DNA of 64,000 bases from a virus: positions 1 through 64,000 of IMG/VR virus record IMGVR_UViG_3300032265_001314; one strand, 5' to 3'. The number at the start of each line of letters is the position of its first letter. Positions within the stretch are counted from its first letter, which is position 1. Of the stretch, positions 1-9,311 are shown piece after piece. The notes under the pieces are model-generated. The model ran no database searches and was not told where the DNA came from. It worked only from the letters and a program-made list of their open reading frames with translations. The position numbers and the translations under genes were made by a program.

Positions 1-71
1 AACCCCAGTATGCCATCTCATGTTTACTCCTTTAAGTTTTAATAGTATGACATAGATGTATCTATGTCAAG

Positions 72-99
72 AAAAAGATAGGGGACCTATTCCCCTATC
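72..99 (-). terminator. Rho-independent terminator
   Basis: Hairpin GATAGGGGA-cctat-TCCCCTATC (77-99) with an A-run at 72-76 (U-tail on the minus strand), downstream of the 123..908 gene. Confidence 0.75.
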
Positions 100-122
100 C
101 ATCCTTTATTTATATTATACTA

Positions 123-908
123 TTATACTCTAGTGGCTTTTCTGTAACCGAGCACTCTGCTGGCATCATAATAGGCTACGCTAACTCCCCTAGCCTGATT
201 TCCACCAAGGACAGCTACATACTTCCTGCCATCTACTTCTACTGTTTTGACGTAAAATCCTACATGTCCTGCCCATTTATTATGGCCCCTGCGGAAAACC
301 ACGACATCGCCTTCTTCGGGTCTCTTGACAGCTTGCCCCCAATTTAAGAAACTACGTGCTGCGAGACTATCGGTCCCTTTTAGGCCGAGATCGGCTAATA
401 CCGTGTTAGCCCAAGCTGCACACCAAGGTATGCGAGCAGGATCTACTTTATAACCGAAGGTGTTAGAAAGTTTATTTTCTAACACCTTGCGATCTTTCTC
501 TGCATCCATTCCAATCATAGTAGATCCTTTTTCCAGCGTTTTTGCTGAAGAATTTATTGGAATAACGTTTTCTACTAGTTCTGCTGTTGTTATATTTTCA
601 GGTGGCGCACATTCTACATCCCAAAATAAGAAATGGCACTGTTTACCACTATTTAAAGAAATCGTGCGAACCGGATCACTGTGTATCTTATTGTGATGTA
701 CAGGACCGTGTTTCTTCTTCCTATGATGTATCACAGGATGTTGATATACATGATGTTTCTTATGCTTTGTGCTATGCTTAACTACTTTTTTAGAAACAAT
801 CGTTGTTTTCTTTACTATTTCTGTTTTAATTGTATCAGCCATAGATACTGATGGCACGGCTAATAATAAAAATGTAGCAGCACCCATCATTAACAAATGT
901 TTTTTCAA
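123..908 (-). CDS. Secreted TIGR02594-family (NlpC/P60/CHAP-like) cell-wall hydrolase
   Basis: N-terminal signal peptide; His/Lys-rich linker; motifs PWCAAWAN, SLAARSFLNWG, GDVVVFRRG, GHVGFY, VLGGNQ. Confidence 0.8.
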   Translation of the reverse strand: MKKHLLMMGAATFLLLAVPSVSMADTIKTEIVKKTTIVSKKVVKHSTKHKKHHVYQHPVIHHRKKKHGPVHHNKIHSDPVRTISLNSGKQCHFLFWDVECAPPENITTAELVENVIPINSSAKTLEKGSTMIGMDAEKDRKVLENKLSNTFGYKVDPARIPWCAAWANTVLADLGLKGTDSLAARSFLNWGQAVKRPEEGDVVVFRRGHNKWAGHVGFYVKTVEVDGRKYVAVLGGNQARGVSVAYYDASRVLGYRKATRV

Positions 909-988
909 TGTAGTCTCCTCTCTACGTTGTATTATACTTAGTTTCGGAGGAGTAAGTAAAGTAATATTATTTAATAATAATGTTAAAA

Positions 989-1300
989 GTGGGGGATTCT
1001 GTTTCCACGCTCCCCCGGGCGCATTGAAATTAAGCTGCTAGAGCCATTTCATAAGTTGCAACGTTGTCGTTAGCAATTATAAGTTTTATTGCGTTAACCG
1101 AGCTTTCGCCGGACTGTCTACTTCAACCTTTATACGCCAGTCGATCCTGTTTCGACCCCATCATAAGCACATCGTTACACTCACTGTGCGGAATAAGAAC
1201 CAATCCTCTAAAGTGAGCAAAAGTTCCCGATGTGCTTATGGTGGAGTCGCCGGGTACCGCCCCCGGGTCCTGATCGTTTTATTGCTTTGCTATCAACAAC
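989..1300 (-). ncRNA. ssrA: Two-piece (circularly permuted) tmRNA
   Basis: Minus strand: acceptor piece ends GGACCCGGGGGCGGTACCCGGCGACTCCACCA (CCA ends at 1239); intervening hairpin 1160-1238; coding piece starts GGGGTCGAAACAGGATCGAC at 1159 (G3.U wobble); tag ANDNVATYEMALAA-stop at 1074-1030. Outer ends approximate. Confidence 0.93.
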
Positions 1301-1309
1301 AGTATATTA

Positions 1310-1338
1310 TTTATAACATCTGTTTATATGCTTGTCAA
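1310..1338 (-). promoter_or_regulatory. Sigma70-type promoter for tmRNA, with overlapping TAAATA
   Basis: Minus strand TTGACAAGCATATAAACAGATGTTATAAATAAT. Confidence 0.65.
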
Positions 1339-1339
1339 C

Positions 1340-3295
1340 TTATATCCAGGTAGGACGCTGTATTCCATTTTTAAAATTAGCACCGTCGTCAAATGTGGTG
1401 CCAAACGGATATGGATATTTGTATTTTTGATTAGGTCCAGCAGCTACGTGTACATATCCAACGTCCCCTGAATGTTGGAAAACTAGATAAACAAATGAAT
1501 CTTTGATATATTTTACAGCCCATTGCGCTATCTCATAGTGTTTAGCTGCACTATTCCAACTTAAATCAACTGCTGCACCAAAACAATGATCACTTTTTCC
1601 ATAATCGCTGCCGCCCGGGCCTCTAAATCCGTTTACTACAGTAGCCCTACCAAAATTCTGTTCTAGTGGATCTACTGCATTTGTAGCGATATATTTTAAA
1701 CCGTCCACTATCTGATCAAGTGTAAGACCTAAATGACCTTTAGGTGGCAATTCATATCCGCCTTTGACTCCTTGTTTGGTTAATTGTCCTAGTGTCCTAC
1801 CGTTAGGAGAGATTACTAAACTATAATCTATCTGTCCATTTTTCATTACAGTTCCGCTAGGCGGAGTTTGTGGAGGGTGAGCACCTCCTCGAGGCAAATT
1901 GGTCCTTTGTGACGGTGCCGATTTCCTGCGACTAGTTATATCATTTGGTGGACTAGTGAATGGCCCTGCGTGTGGACTAATGCCCATCGCACTAGGATTA
2001 TATGTGCGAGGAGGTCTTCCGGACGAAAGTAAATTGGAAATATTTCCTGGCAATGCATTAGTTAGTTGGCTAGGAGAAAAAAGATTAGCTGTATCAAAAG
2101 ATGACAATTTTTGTGCTACACCGCTCACAGCTCCAACTACACTACCGCCGAGCGCCGACCTTACTCCACTCGCTCCTCCAGTTAATGACCCTATGCTTAG
2201 ATTAGTCGGAACTATAGATACTCTACTACCGACTACGCTACTCATTAGACTAGATAAGCTACTAAACGCAGAACTGTTAGTAGATCCAAATAAATCAACT
2301 GGTATAGTAGCGTGTGGGGTCGTAGATAGATTAACCATAGATCCAACATTTATATGTGGTACGCTTATTTTAACACTGTTTCCAGTGACAACATTTGTTA
2401 GAGCTGCACCCATCACGTTACTCAATACCATTTGTTTAGTTGTGCCACCAACATTTACAGATCCTAGAGATATTGAACTTACAGTATTTGTTAACGCAGA
2501 TGATGCTGCAGGTATTCCTCTCGAAACAGAGGATAACGCTTGCCCAGCTGCTGATCCTATAGCATTACCAGAAGCTATGTTTAATAGATTGTTTATAGGT
2601 ATAGGTGATTGCTTCAATAGTCCCGGAAGCGATCCAGATGGTAAAAGAGACTTGAATGATCCCGGCAAACTTTTCAGTGCTCCTGGTAATGCCTTGGCAC
2701 CTACTCCGTCCATTAGTCCTTCTAATGTCGATATCTTGCCGCTGGCTTCTCTGGGAATATTATATTGGATAGCTTTTTCAAATGATGAAGATCCTGTCTT
2801 GGAAGGTTTGCCACCGGCATCATTTTCATCTGTGTTGGAACCTTTTTTAGCCTGCTGCATAGCAGCTATAGCAGCCTTCCTAAGATTTGGTTCTGTCATT
2901 CCGGTACCAGCTACTGTTCCAGAGTTACCGCTTGCAGCATTTTTTAAATCAGTAGGTCGAGCTGGAGGTTGTGCGGTATATTTTACTCCAGCTACTTCTA
3001 CGGTCGTGGTTATTCCACGCTTTGCTGCTTCGGCTGTAGCTAACAGTCTAGCTGTAGTAGAGGGATCACTGATCTTTCCTACTTTGGATTCTAATATTTT
3101 TATGTTAGCGTTTGTATCACTAGCATCTTTTGTTGGATAACCCGGAACAGTCATCTGTTTGCCGTTTATAACAGCATTGACAACTACTTCGATATTTGTA
3201 GCATTTGCTAAATCGTTTGCTGCTTTTTGCGCATCTGCTACAGAGTTAAAGGTAGCTTGTGCGGTTGATCGTGAATTGGGGAGTAAACTAACCAT
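1340..3295 (-). CDS. Probable baseplate/tail-associated protein with C-terminal peptidase M15 (Zn) domain
   Basis: C-terminal GFR...SDHCFGAAVDL...VHVA motifs; long Ser/Gly-rich linker; next to the PAAR gene; start placed at the ATG 5 nt after TAAATA. Confidence 0.6.
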   Translation of the reverse strand: MVSLLPNSRSTAQATFNSVADAQKAANDLANATNIEVVVNAVINGKQMTVPGYPTKDASDTNANIKILESKVGKISDPSTTARLLATAEAAKRGITTTVEVAGVKYTAQPPARPTDLKNAASGNSGTVAGTGMTEPNLRKAAIAAMQQAKKGSNTDENDAGGKPSKTGSSSFEKAIQYNIPREASGKISTLEGLMDGVGAKALPGALKSLPGSFKSLLPSGSLPGLLKQSPIPINNLLNIASGNAIGSAAGQALSSVSRGIPAASSALTNTVSSISLGSVNVGGTTKQMVLSNVMGAALTNVVTGNSVKISVPHINVGSMVNLSTTPHATIPVDLFGSTNSSAFSSLSSLMSSVVGSRVSIVPTNLSIGSLTGGASGVRSALGGSVVGAVSGVAQKLSSFDTANLFSPSQLTNALPGNISNLLSSGRPPRTYNPSAMGISPHAGPFTSPPNDITSRRKSAPSQRTNLPRGGAHPPQTPPSGTVMKNGQIDYSLVISPNGRTLGQLTKQGVKGGYELPPKGHLGLTLDQIVDGLKYIATNAVDPLEQNFGRATVVNGFRGPGGSDYGKSDHCFGAAVDLSWNSAAKHYEIAQWAVKYIKDSFVYLVFQHSGDVGYVHVAAGPNQKYKYPYPFGTTFDDGANFKNGIQRPTWI

Positions 3296-3345
3296 ACTCA
3301 TATTTATTAGATGTAGTATATCATAAATACTGACGGAGGAAGATA

Positions 3346-3648
3346 ATGGGACAACTTTGGGCAGTAGTAGGGGATCCTAATTCACACGGTGGGGGAGAAT
3401 TAACATTAAGCGGCGATTCCTCTCCCGGAACAGTCTTTATCAATAATATACCTGTTATAGTAGGTACGACAGATGCAGGACCTGACGGGCTTGCTGATCC
3501 CGATGGACCACCACATGATGATCCAAAAAGCAGTTCACATAGCGCAACTGTGTTTGCTTATAATAAACCTGCACACAGGAATGGCGATACTCGTGTATGC
3601 GGTGCCACTACTGTAGTTGTAAATGAAACTACAGTTTTTGTCGGTTAA
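3346..3648 (+). CDS. PAAR-domain spike tip protein (T4 gp5.4-like)
   Basis: GDPNSHGG, VFINNIPVIVG, KPAHRNGDTRVCGA, TVFVG; TAAATA and GGAGG upstream. Confidence 0.85.
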   Translation: MGQLWAVVGDPNSHGGGELTLSGDSSPGTVFINNIPVIVGTTDAGPDGLADPDGPPHDDPKSSSHSATVFAYNKPAHRNGDTRVCGATTVVVNETTVFVG

Positions 3649-3959
3649 AATAATTTACCCATATTTGGGCTACTTGGAGTCATTATACTAGTGACACCCT
3701 GTATATACTGACTAGCTGTTTGTTTATCAGTAGATGCTATAGCCATAACTGCGTGTTTTGGAATAGTAATTTCGCCTTTGATCTCAGCAGTAAACAGGAA
3801 AGGAGTCATTGCTACTCCTTGTCCTGTCATGCTTAATACTAGAGGTCTCGATACAGTATATCCTGTATCATCGACGGCAGATAGCTTAGAGATGATTTCT
3901 TCACCTGTTAATAATTTTAATGTGTAGATTTCACCGAAATTAAACTTTTTTACTATCAT
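3645..3959 (-). CDS. Conserved T4-like phage protein, Sm-like fold
   Basis: LKLLTGEEIISKL motif followed by a beta-rich pattern. Confidence 0.5.
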   Translation of the reverse strand: MIVKKFNFGEIYTLKLLTGEEIISKLSAVDDTGYTVSRPLVLSMTGQGVAMTPFLFTAEIKGEITIPKHAVMAIASTDKQTASQYIQGVTSIMTPSSPNMGKLF

Positions 3960-4216
3960 TAGGCAGCTAGGCTTTCTCTTAACATCTCAGGATTTGATTT
4001 CTTTAATCCATCATATCCACCTTCGACTAATAGGTATTCTCCCTTATATATCTGAGGTACCGTCTTATGACCTTTTGATTTAATAAATTCAAGGGCTCTT
4101 GGATCTTCCATTACATTAATAGTCTCGTATGTAATATCGTTTTTTTCTAACCAAGCCTTGGCACGATCGCAATAGGGACAAGCGGGCTTGCTATATAATG
4201 TGACTATATTAGGCAT
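3959..4216 (-). CDS. Glutaredoxin (NrdC/NrdH-like)
   Basis: CPYC active site, TVPQI, GGY; downstream of nrdAB. Confidence 0.92.
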   Translation of the reverse strand: MPNIVTLYSKPACPYCDRAKAWLEKNDITYETINVMEDPRALEFIKSKGHKTVPQIYKGEYLLVEGGYDGLKKSNPEMLRESLAA

Positions 4217-4424
4217 CGATTGGCTCCTCCTTGTCTTCTGGCTTTGAAACAGAGTGAACTAGATCGCCCTGATGATTATATAATTCTATCTTATTAAAAT
4301 TAAACATTTCCATACTTTCAATTAGAAACACTGCTCGATCATATGATTCTACATTGATTTCATTTGTTTCTAATTCTCCATCGACTAATTGATGTGTCTT
4401 TATTACATGATGATATTCAGACAT
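4209..4424 (-). CDS. Hypothetical protein
   Basis: AAGGAG SD upstream of ATG at 4424. Confidence 0.6.
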   Translation of the reverse strand: MSEYHHVIKTHQLVDGELETNEINVESYDRAVFLIESMEMFNFNKIELYNHQGDLVHSVSKPEDKEEPIDA

Positions 4425-4437
4425 TTTTTTCTCCTTT

Positions 4438-5547
4438 TTATAAACTGAATCCGCTAAAGCTATTTTCATCCACGTCTTGTTTTACACCGCCGTTGATATA
4501 GCTAGTTATCTCTGTTTCTTGAGGCGCAACTTGTACTTCACTACCTGCTATCCATTTCTGCGTCCAAGGAAGTGGATTACTGCCGCCCTTGTATTTGCTA
4601 GGAAGCCCAATAGCAGTCATCCTCTTGTTTGCAATCCAGTCTACATATTCACATAGTAGTTGGTAGTTGAGACCGATCATTGATCCATCCTTAAACAGAT
4701 ATTCTGCCCATTTCTTTTCCTGTTCTACAGCATCATCGAATAGCTTGATAGCAGCTTCACGACATTCTTCTTCTATGGTTATATAGTCTGGATCGTCTTT
4801 GGGTAAAATCTTCAATAGGGTCTGCGTAGCAGCCAAGTGTATGTTTTCGTCTCTTGCGATAAACTTAATGATCTTAGCATTGCCTTCCATCTTCTTTACT
4901 TCGGCAAATGCCCAACTACAAGCAAAGCTAACATAAAAACGAACACCTTCAAGGATATTAACACTCATAAGCGCAAGCCATAATGCTTTCTTATGTTGAT
5001 AAGGTATTGGAATTAGATGAGAATGTGTTTTGCTAGCCGCACGATTGTTCATATCAATCAGTTCATCATAATACTTGCTAATATCGCCAGCGCAGTCTAC
5101 GATCTCTTGGATGTCCATCATCTCATCAAATATCTTGCTGGGATTACTATATACATTTCTTATGATATGTGTATAACTGCGGCTATGGATAGTCTCACTG
5201 AACGTCCAAGTTGTGATCCAAGTTTCTAGTTCCGGCAGGCTACAGATTGGTCCAAAGGCAGCTGTCGGAGCTCGCCCTTGTACACTGTCTAACAAGATCT
5301 GTCGTTTTAAATTTGATGTGAAAATATGCTGTTCGTGTGTGGTTAGATCTTTAAAATCTTTGGCATCGCGGAGGATATCAACTTCTTCCGGTCTCCAAAA
5401 AAATCCCAGTTGCTTTTCTGTCAGTTTATCAAACTGCTTATACTTCATAGTATCGTAGCGTTGGATACTGACTCCGCCGTCGGGATCTAAAAAAGCTAGG
5501 CTCTTTGTATGATCTGATTTCTTCTTAGCGTCAAATACTGTACTCAT
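4438..5547 (-). CDS. nrdB: Ribonucleotide reductase class Ia beta subunit
   Basis: FWRPEEVD, SETIHSRSYTHIIRN, ILEGVRFYVSFACSWAF, RDENIH, QVAPQETEI; ATGA overlap with nrdA. Confidence 0.98.
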   Translation of the reverse strand: MSTVFDAKKKSDHTKSLAFLDPDGGVSIQRYDTMKYKQFDKLTEKQLGFFWRPEEVDILRDAKDFKDLTTHEQHIFTSNLKRQILLDSVQGRAPTAAFGPICSLPELETWITTWTFSETIHSRSYTHIIRNVYSNPSKIFDEMMDIQEIVDCAGDISKYYDELIDMNNRAASKTHSHLIPIPYQHKKALWLALMSVNILEGVRFYVSFACSWAFAEVKKMEGNAKIIKFIARDENIHLAATQTLLKILPKDDPDYITIEEECREAAIKLFDDAVEQEKKWAEYLFKDGSMIGLNYQLLCEYVDWIANKRMTAIGLPSKYKGGSNPLPWTQKWIAGSEVQVAPQETEITSYINGGVKQDVDENSFSGFSL

Positions 5548-7841
5548 ATTACACAACTCTCACAATCTTCTTGTGGGGGCAAATCATCCAATTGCCCTTC
5601 TTCTGCTTTATTAACATCAATCTCACCCTGCCCGTCATTGCTATTAAAATAATATAACTGTTTTCCACCTAGCTTGTAGAATTGTAAAATATGTCCTAGC
5701 ATAACACTTAATGGAATCTTTTCATCTTCGTAATGTGCTGGATTATAGCTAGTATTAACACTTATACCCTGATCAATATATTTCTGTAGAACAGCACAGA
5801 TATTAAGATATCCTTCTGGACTCTTTTGATCCCATAGCAATTCATACTTATTCTTTAATCGTCGATATTCTGGTACTACCTGCTTTAGCACACCATGCTT
5901 GCTTTGCTTTACGCTAATATGGCTACGTGGCGGTTCGATGCCGTTGGTAGCATTAGCGATTTGCGCTGAAGTTTCAGCTGGCATGATTGCCATTAGCGTA
6001 GCATTACGTATACCATATTGTTTTAGGTCATTGCGGAGCTCGTCCCACGGCATACGCTCAACATATGGTACTAACGTATCTATATGCAGGCTTCTAGTAT
6101 CGATCGGTACTATGCCCTTTGCGTATTTCGTGTCTTGCGGACGGCCACAAGGACCTTGTTCTTTTGCTAGAGTAACCGAAGCTTTAATGAGATAATAACT
6201 CATAGCTTCCATATACTCATCTAACTTCACTAGGCTGCTATTGTCGCTATATTTGAAATCATTTTTAGCTAACCAATAGGCGAGATTAATGATACCGATG
6301 CCCAGTGGGCGATGGTCCAAGGTAGCTAATCTAGCAGCCATAACAGGATAGTCTTGATAACTTAACAATGCGTCTAATCCACGCACTGCTAGTTCACAAG
6401 GTTTTTCAAAATCCTTAGGATCTTTTATATTGCCCCAGTTAACAGCGGAGAGGGTGCAGAGCGCTATGCGTCCGTCTTCGTCGAAGATGTGATTAAGCGG
6501 CCTTGTCGGTAGATCAATCTCGCAACAGAGATTGCTCTGCTTGATAGGTGCTACAGTCTCATCAAAACTACTGTGGGTGTTTGCGTTGTCCACATTCTGT
6601 AGATATATCCGTCCGGTGTCTTTTCTTTCCTGCATAAAGCTGCTGAATAGGTCAATAGCTTTCATAGTCTTCTTACGTAGTTTAGTATTCTTCTCGGCAG
6701 CTACATACAGCTGCTCAAATAACGACTGATCACTGAAAAAGGCTGTATAGAGATCAGGTACGTCATTAGGACTGAACAAAGTTATATCACCTCCTTGAAT
6801 CAAACGTTGATAGAACAGTCTATTAAACTGTACCCCATAGTCCACGTGACGTACCCTATTATCTTCAACGCCCTTATTATTTTTAAGGACGAGAAGCTCT
6901 TCTACCTCTAGATGCCAGATTGGATAATAGAGTGTCGCTGCTCCATTACGCACTCCTCCCTGGCTACAGCTACGCACTGCTGCTTGGAACATCTTGTAGA
7001 AAGGAACAACACCAGTGTGACTGGCATCTCCATTCCTGATAGGTGATCCAAGAGCTCTTATTCTACCAGCACCAATGCCAATGCCTGCCTTTTGGCTGAC
7101 ATATTTTACTATGGCGCTGGTTGTAGCATTGATTGAATCTAAGCTGTCATCAGTTTCGATCAATACACAACTACTAAACTGCTTTTGGGGACTACGTAAC
7201 CCAGCCATGATCGGCGTAGGTAAACTGATCTGATGTGTGCTGATACACTCATAATAGTCCTTGATCCACTGCATACGTGTTTCTTTAGGATAGCTATTAA
7301 ACAATGTAGCTGCTATCAATATATAACATACTTGCGGAGTCTCTAATATCTGTCCAGTAACACGGTTCTGTATTAGATACTTGCCGCGTAGCTGTTCCAT
7401 AGCTACATATGTTAACTTCATATCACGTTCGTGGTCAACAAAAGAATTAATCTTTTCCCATTCTTCTTCGCTGTACCAGCTTAAAAATTCAGATGTATAA
7501 TAACCTATTGTTACATTTTTCCTTACTAAATCTATCAGCTTATATGGTGCATATCCATCATAGACTTCTTTCCTAAGAGCATAGTTGATGAGTCTTCCGG
7601 CAACATATTGATAATTAGGTGATTCTTCTGATATCAGATCAGCTGCTGCTTTAATCAGAGTTTCTTGCACATCTTTAGTTTTGATATTATTGTAAAACTG
7701 TAATTGGCTCCGTATCTCTAATTCACTTGGACTAACTCCTGCTAATCCCTCAGTCGCCCAAAACACGACCTTATGTAGTTTCTCTAAATCTAAATCTTCC
7801 TTGCGTCCATCTCTTTTAGTGACAGTGATGCGTGAGCTCAT
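5544..7841 (-). CDS. nrdA: Ribonucleotide reductase class Ia alpha subunit with ATP-cone
   Basis: VTKRDG ATP-cone, QFSSCVLI, SQGGVRNG, QSNLCCEI, MPAETSAQI, C-terminal CESCVI. Confidence 0.98.
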   Translation of the reverse strand: MSSRITVTKRDGRKEDLDLEKLHKVVFWATEGLAGVSPSELEIRSQLQFYNNIKTKDVQETLIKAAADLISEESPNYQYVAGRLINYALRKEVYDGYAPYKLIDLVRKNVTIGYYTSEFLSWYSEEEWEKINSFVDHERDMKLTYVAMEQLRGKYLIQNRVTGQILETPQVCYILIAATLFNSYPKETRMQWIKDYYECISTHQISLPTPIMAGLRSPQKQFSSCVLIETDDSLDSINATTSAIVKYVSQKAGIGIGAGRIRALGSPIRNGDASHTGVVPFYKMFQAAVRSCSQGGVRNGAATLYYPIWHLEVEELLVLKNNKGVEDNRVRHVDYGVQFNRLFYQRLIQGGDITLFSPNDVPDLYTAFFSDQSLFEQLYVAAEKNTKLRKKTMKAIDLFSSFMQERKDTGRIYLQNVDNANTHSSFDETVAPIKQSNLCCEIDLPTRPLNHIFDEDGRIALCTLSAVNWGNIKDPKDFEKPCELAVRGLDALLSYQDYPVMAARLATLDHRPLGIGIINLAYWLAKNDFKYSDNSSLVKLDEYMEAMSYYLIKASVTLAKEQGPCGRPQDTKYAKGIVPIDTRSLHIDTLVPYVERMPWDELRNDLKQYGIRNATLMAIMPAETSAQIANATNGIEPPRSHISVKQSKHGVLKQVVPEYRRLKNKYELLWDQKSPEGYLNICAVLQKYIDQGISVNTSYNPAHYEDEKIPLSVMLGHILQFYKLGGKQLYYFNSNDGQGEIDVNKAEEGQLDDLPPQEDCESCVI

Positions 7842-8017
7842 TTCTTTTCCTCTTTACTTTAAAAAATCGTCGGATATTTAGTGGTACTTTTTTTATAGAA
7901 TTCTAGTAGTATATTATGATTGCTACAGATGATAAATTGTGTCGTAAATCGCATCACTACGTTCCGTATAATCTATATAGTATATAACCTTTTTGAGACT
8001 ATGTCTATGAATATCTG

Positions 8018-8860
8018 TTAACTAAATCGGTCCATCATGTGGCGAAACCAATGCGGAGAACCCAGTTCCATATTGACAGATTCTAACTGTGGACCGTTGG
8101 GATCTCTAGCTAAAGTACCTTTAAACTCTTGTGTTAGTCTATCAAATTCGTGATGACCTTTGAGTTTCTCTAATATAGAATCCACGCTAGCCAGATCATT
8201 CATATTAGCAGCATTACCAAGCAGCATTTTTGCCATTTTATTTGGATCGTTAGTTAATACTTCTTTAGTAGTCCTGTCTACCAGTCCCTGTGTTGGACTA
8301 TACATCCAGTTGGGATTGACCGCTTTTGCTAATCCGGCTAGCAGTTGGTGTCTATGGGCACCTTTAAATTTGCTGCCTTCCTTACCGCCGCGCATAGCCC
8401 ACTGTTGGTACTTTGGGTCACCAGTAAACATAAAATCTGTCTGTACAAATCCCTTGCTAGCGTCACCTAATATAGGGGTGCGGAAATGCACACTATTGCC
8501 TGTCAGCTGTATCCAGCCGTCTTTCTTGGCTCCCATCATCTTGTTCTTGGCTTTGTTTAGGACATCATCTTTAGCTACACCATTCTTTAGGCACCAAGCC
8601 ATTAATAGATGCACTAGCTGTTCTTTAGATATTTCACGTTCGTCTACGCTTAGATCTAGATCTCCCGAAGTAGTCACACGACCCACAGTTCCTAACCATT
8701 TTACAGGATGCCCTGTATCGTCTAGATCTTTGGTAAAATCTAATCCTGTGATACCTTCTAACCATTTGATAGTTCCGGGTACTTCTGCCTTATCGATCCT
8801 TCTAGTAATATCGTGATCTTCACCGTCTTTGAAAATATTGCCGCCTTCTAAAAGTATCAT
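8018..8860 (-). CDS. Putative Pol-beta-superfamily nucleotidyltransferase-like virion protein
   Basis: LGTVGRVTTSGDLDLSVD plus a later VQTDFM; N-terminal LLE|GGN processing-like site; TAAATA upstream. Confidence 0.5.
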   Translation of the reverse strand: MILLEGGNIFKDGEDHDITRRIDKAEVPGTIKWLEGITGLDFTKDLDDTGHPVKWLGTVGRVTTSGDLDLSVDEREISKEQLVHLLMAWCLKNGVAKDDVLNKAKNKMMGAKKDGWIQLTGNSVHFRTPILGDASKGFVQTDFMFTGDPKYQQWAMRGGKEGSKFKGAHRHQLLAGLAKAVNPNWMYSPTQGLVDRTTKEVLTNDPNKMAKMLLGNAANMNDLASVDSILEKLKGHHEFDRLTQEFKGTLARDPNGPQLESVNMELGSPHWFRHMMDRFS

Positions 8861-8885
8861 TAGCTTTCCCCGTAGTGAATATTTA

Positions 8886-9311
8886 TTAGATATCGTCTCT
8901 CATCACGTAGGATTGATTGATCCATAAGTTAGGCAATTCTTTCCTAGTCACGGCAGAATCATAGCGATAGCCTACGATATTATCGTCTATGATCAACAGA
9001 TAATAGAATCTATGTTCCTTTTTATCATTTGCTATCTGTATCTCAAAGTAACTATCTTTGAATCTATCGGTTAATTTAAGTGTATAATATATGGCCAATA
9101 TCTTGCTGAAATCGCAATACTTATTCTCGTCTATCAGTTGCCAAGCTAATGGCCAACTGTTCTGATCAAAAGGATCGCAGCTCATAGCACTGATAGGTGC
9201 TTTGTTCCAAAATTCTATAGTTGTCTTTACAGGATCAGAATCTTGCTCGAGGCTATCTCTAAATTCTCGCCAAGACTCTATCCTATCCTCAAACTTTTTA
9301 AAGAACATCAT
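8886..9311 (-). CDS. Hypothetical protein
   Basis: ORF overlapping the stop of the tail gene. Confidence 0.65.
   Translation of the reverse strand: MMFFKKFEDRIESWREFRDSLEQDSDPVKTTIEFWNKAPISAMSCDPFDQNSWPLAWQLIDENKYCDFSKILAIYYTLKLTDRFKDSYFEIQIANDKKEHRFYYLLIIDDNIVGYRYDSAVTRKELPNLWINQSYVMRDDI

Noticed and set aside
1899-3140. Long plus-strand ORF, and similar ones (8160-8816, 11643-12206, 13828-14394, 23556-23993)
   Set aside because: Antisense shadows of minus-strand genes with no RBS or recognisable motifs
4438-7841. Intron or intein in nrdA/nrdB
   Set aside because: Both are uninterrupted and of normal length
7865-7890. NrdR box upstream of nrdA
   Set aside because: Only a half match, fully explained by the TAAATA late-promoter motif
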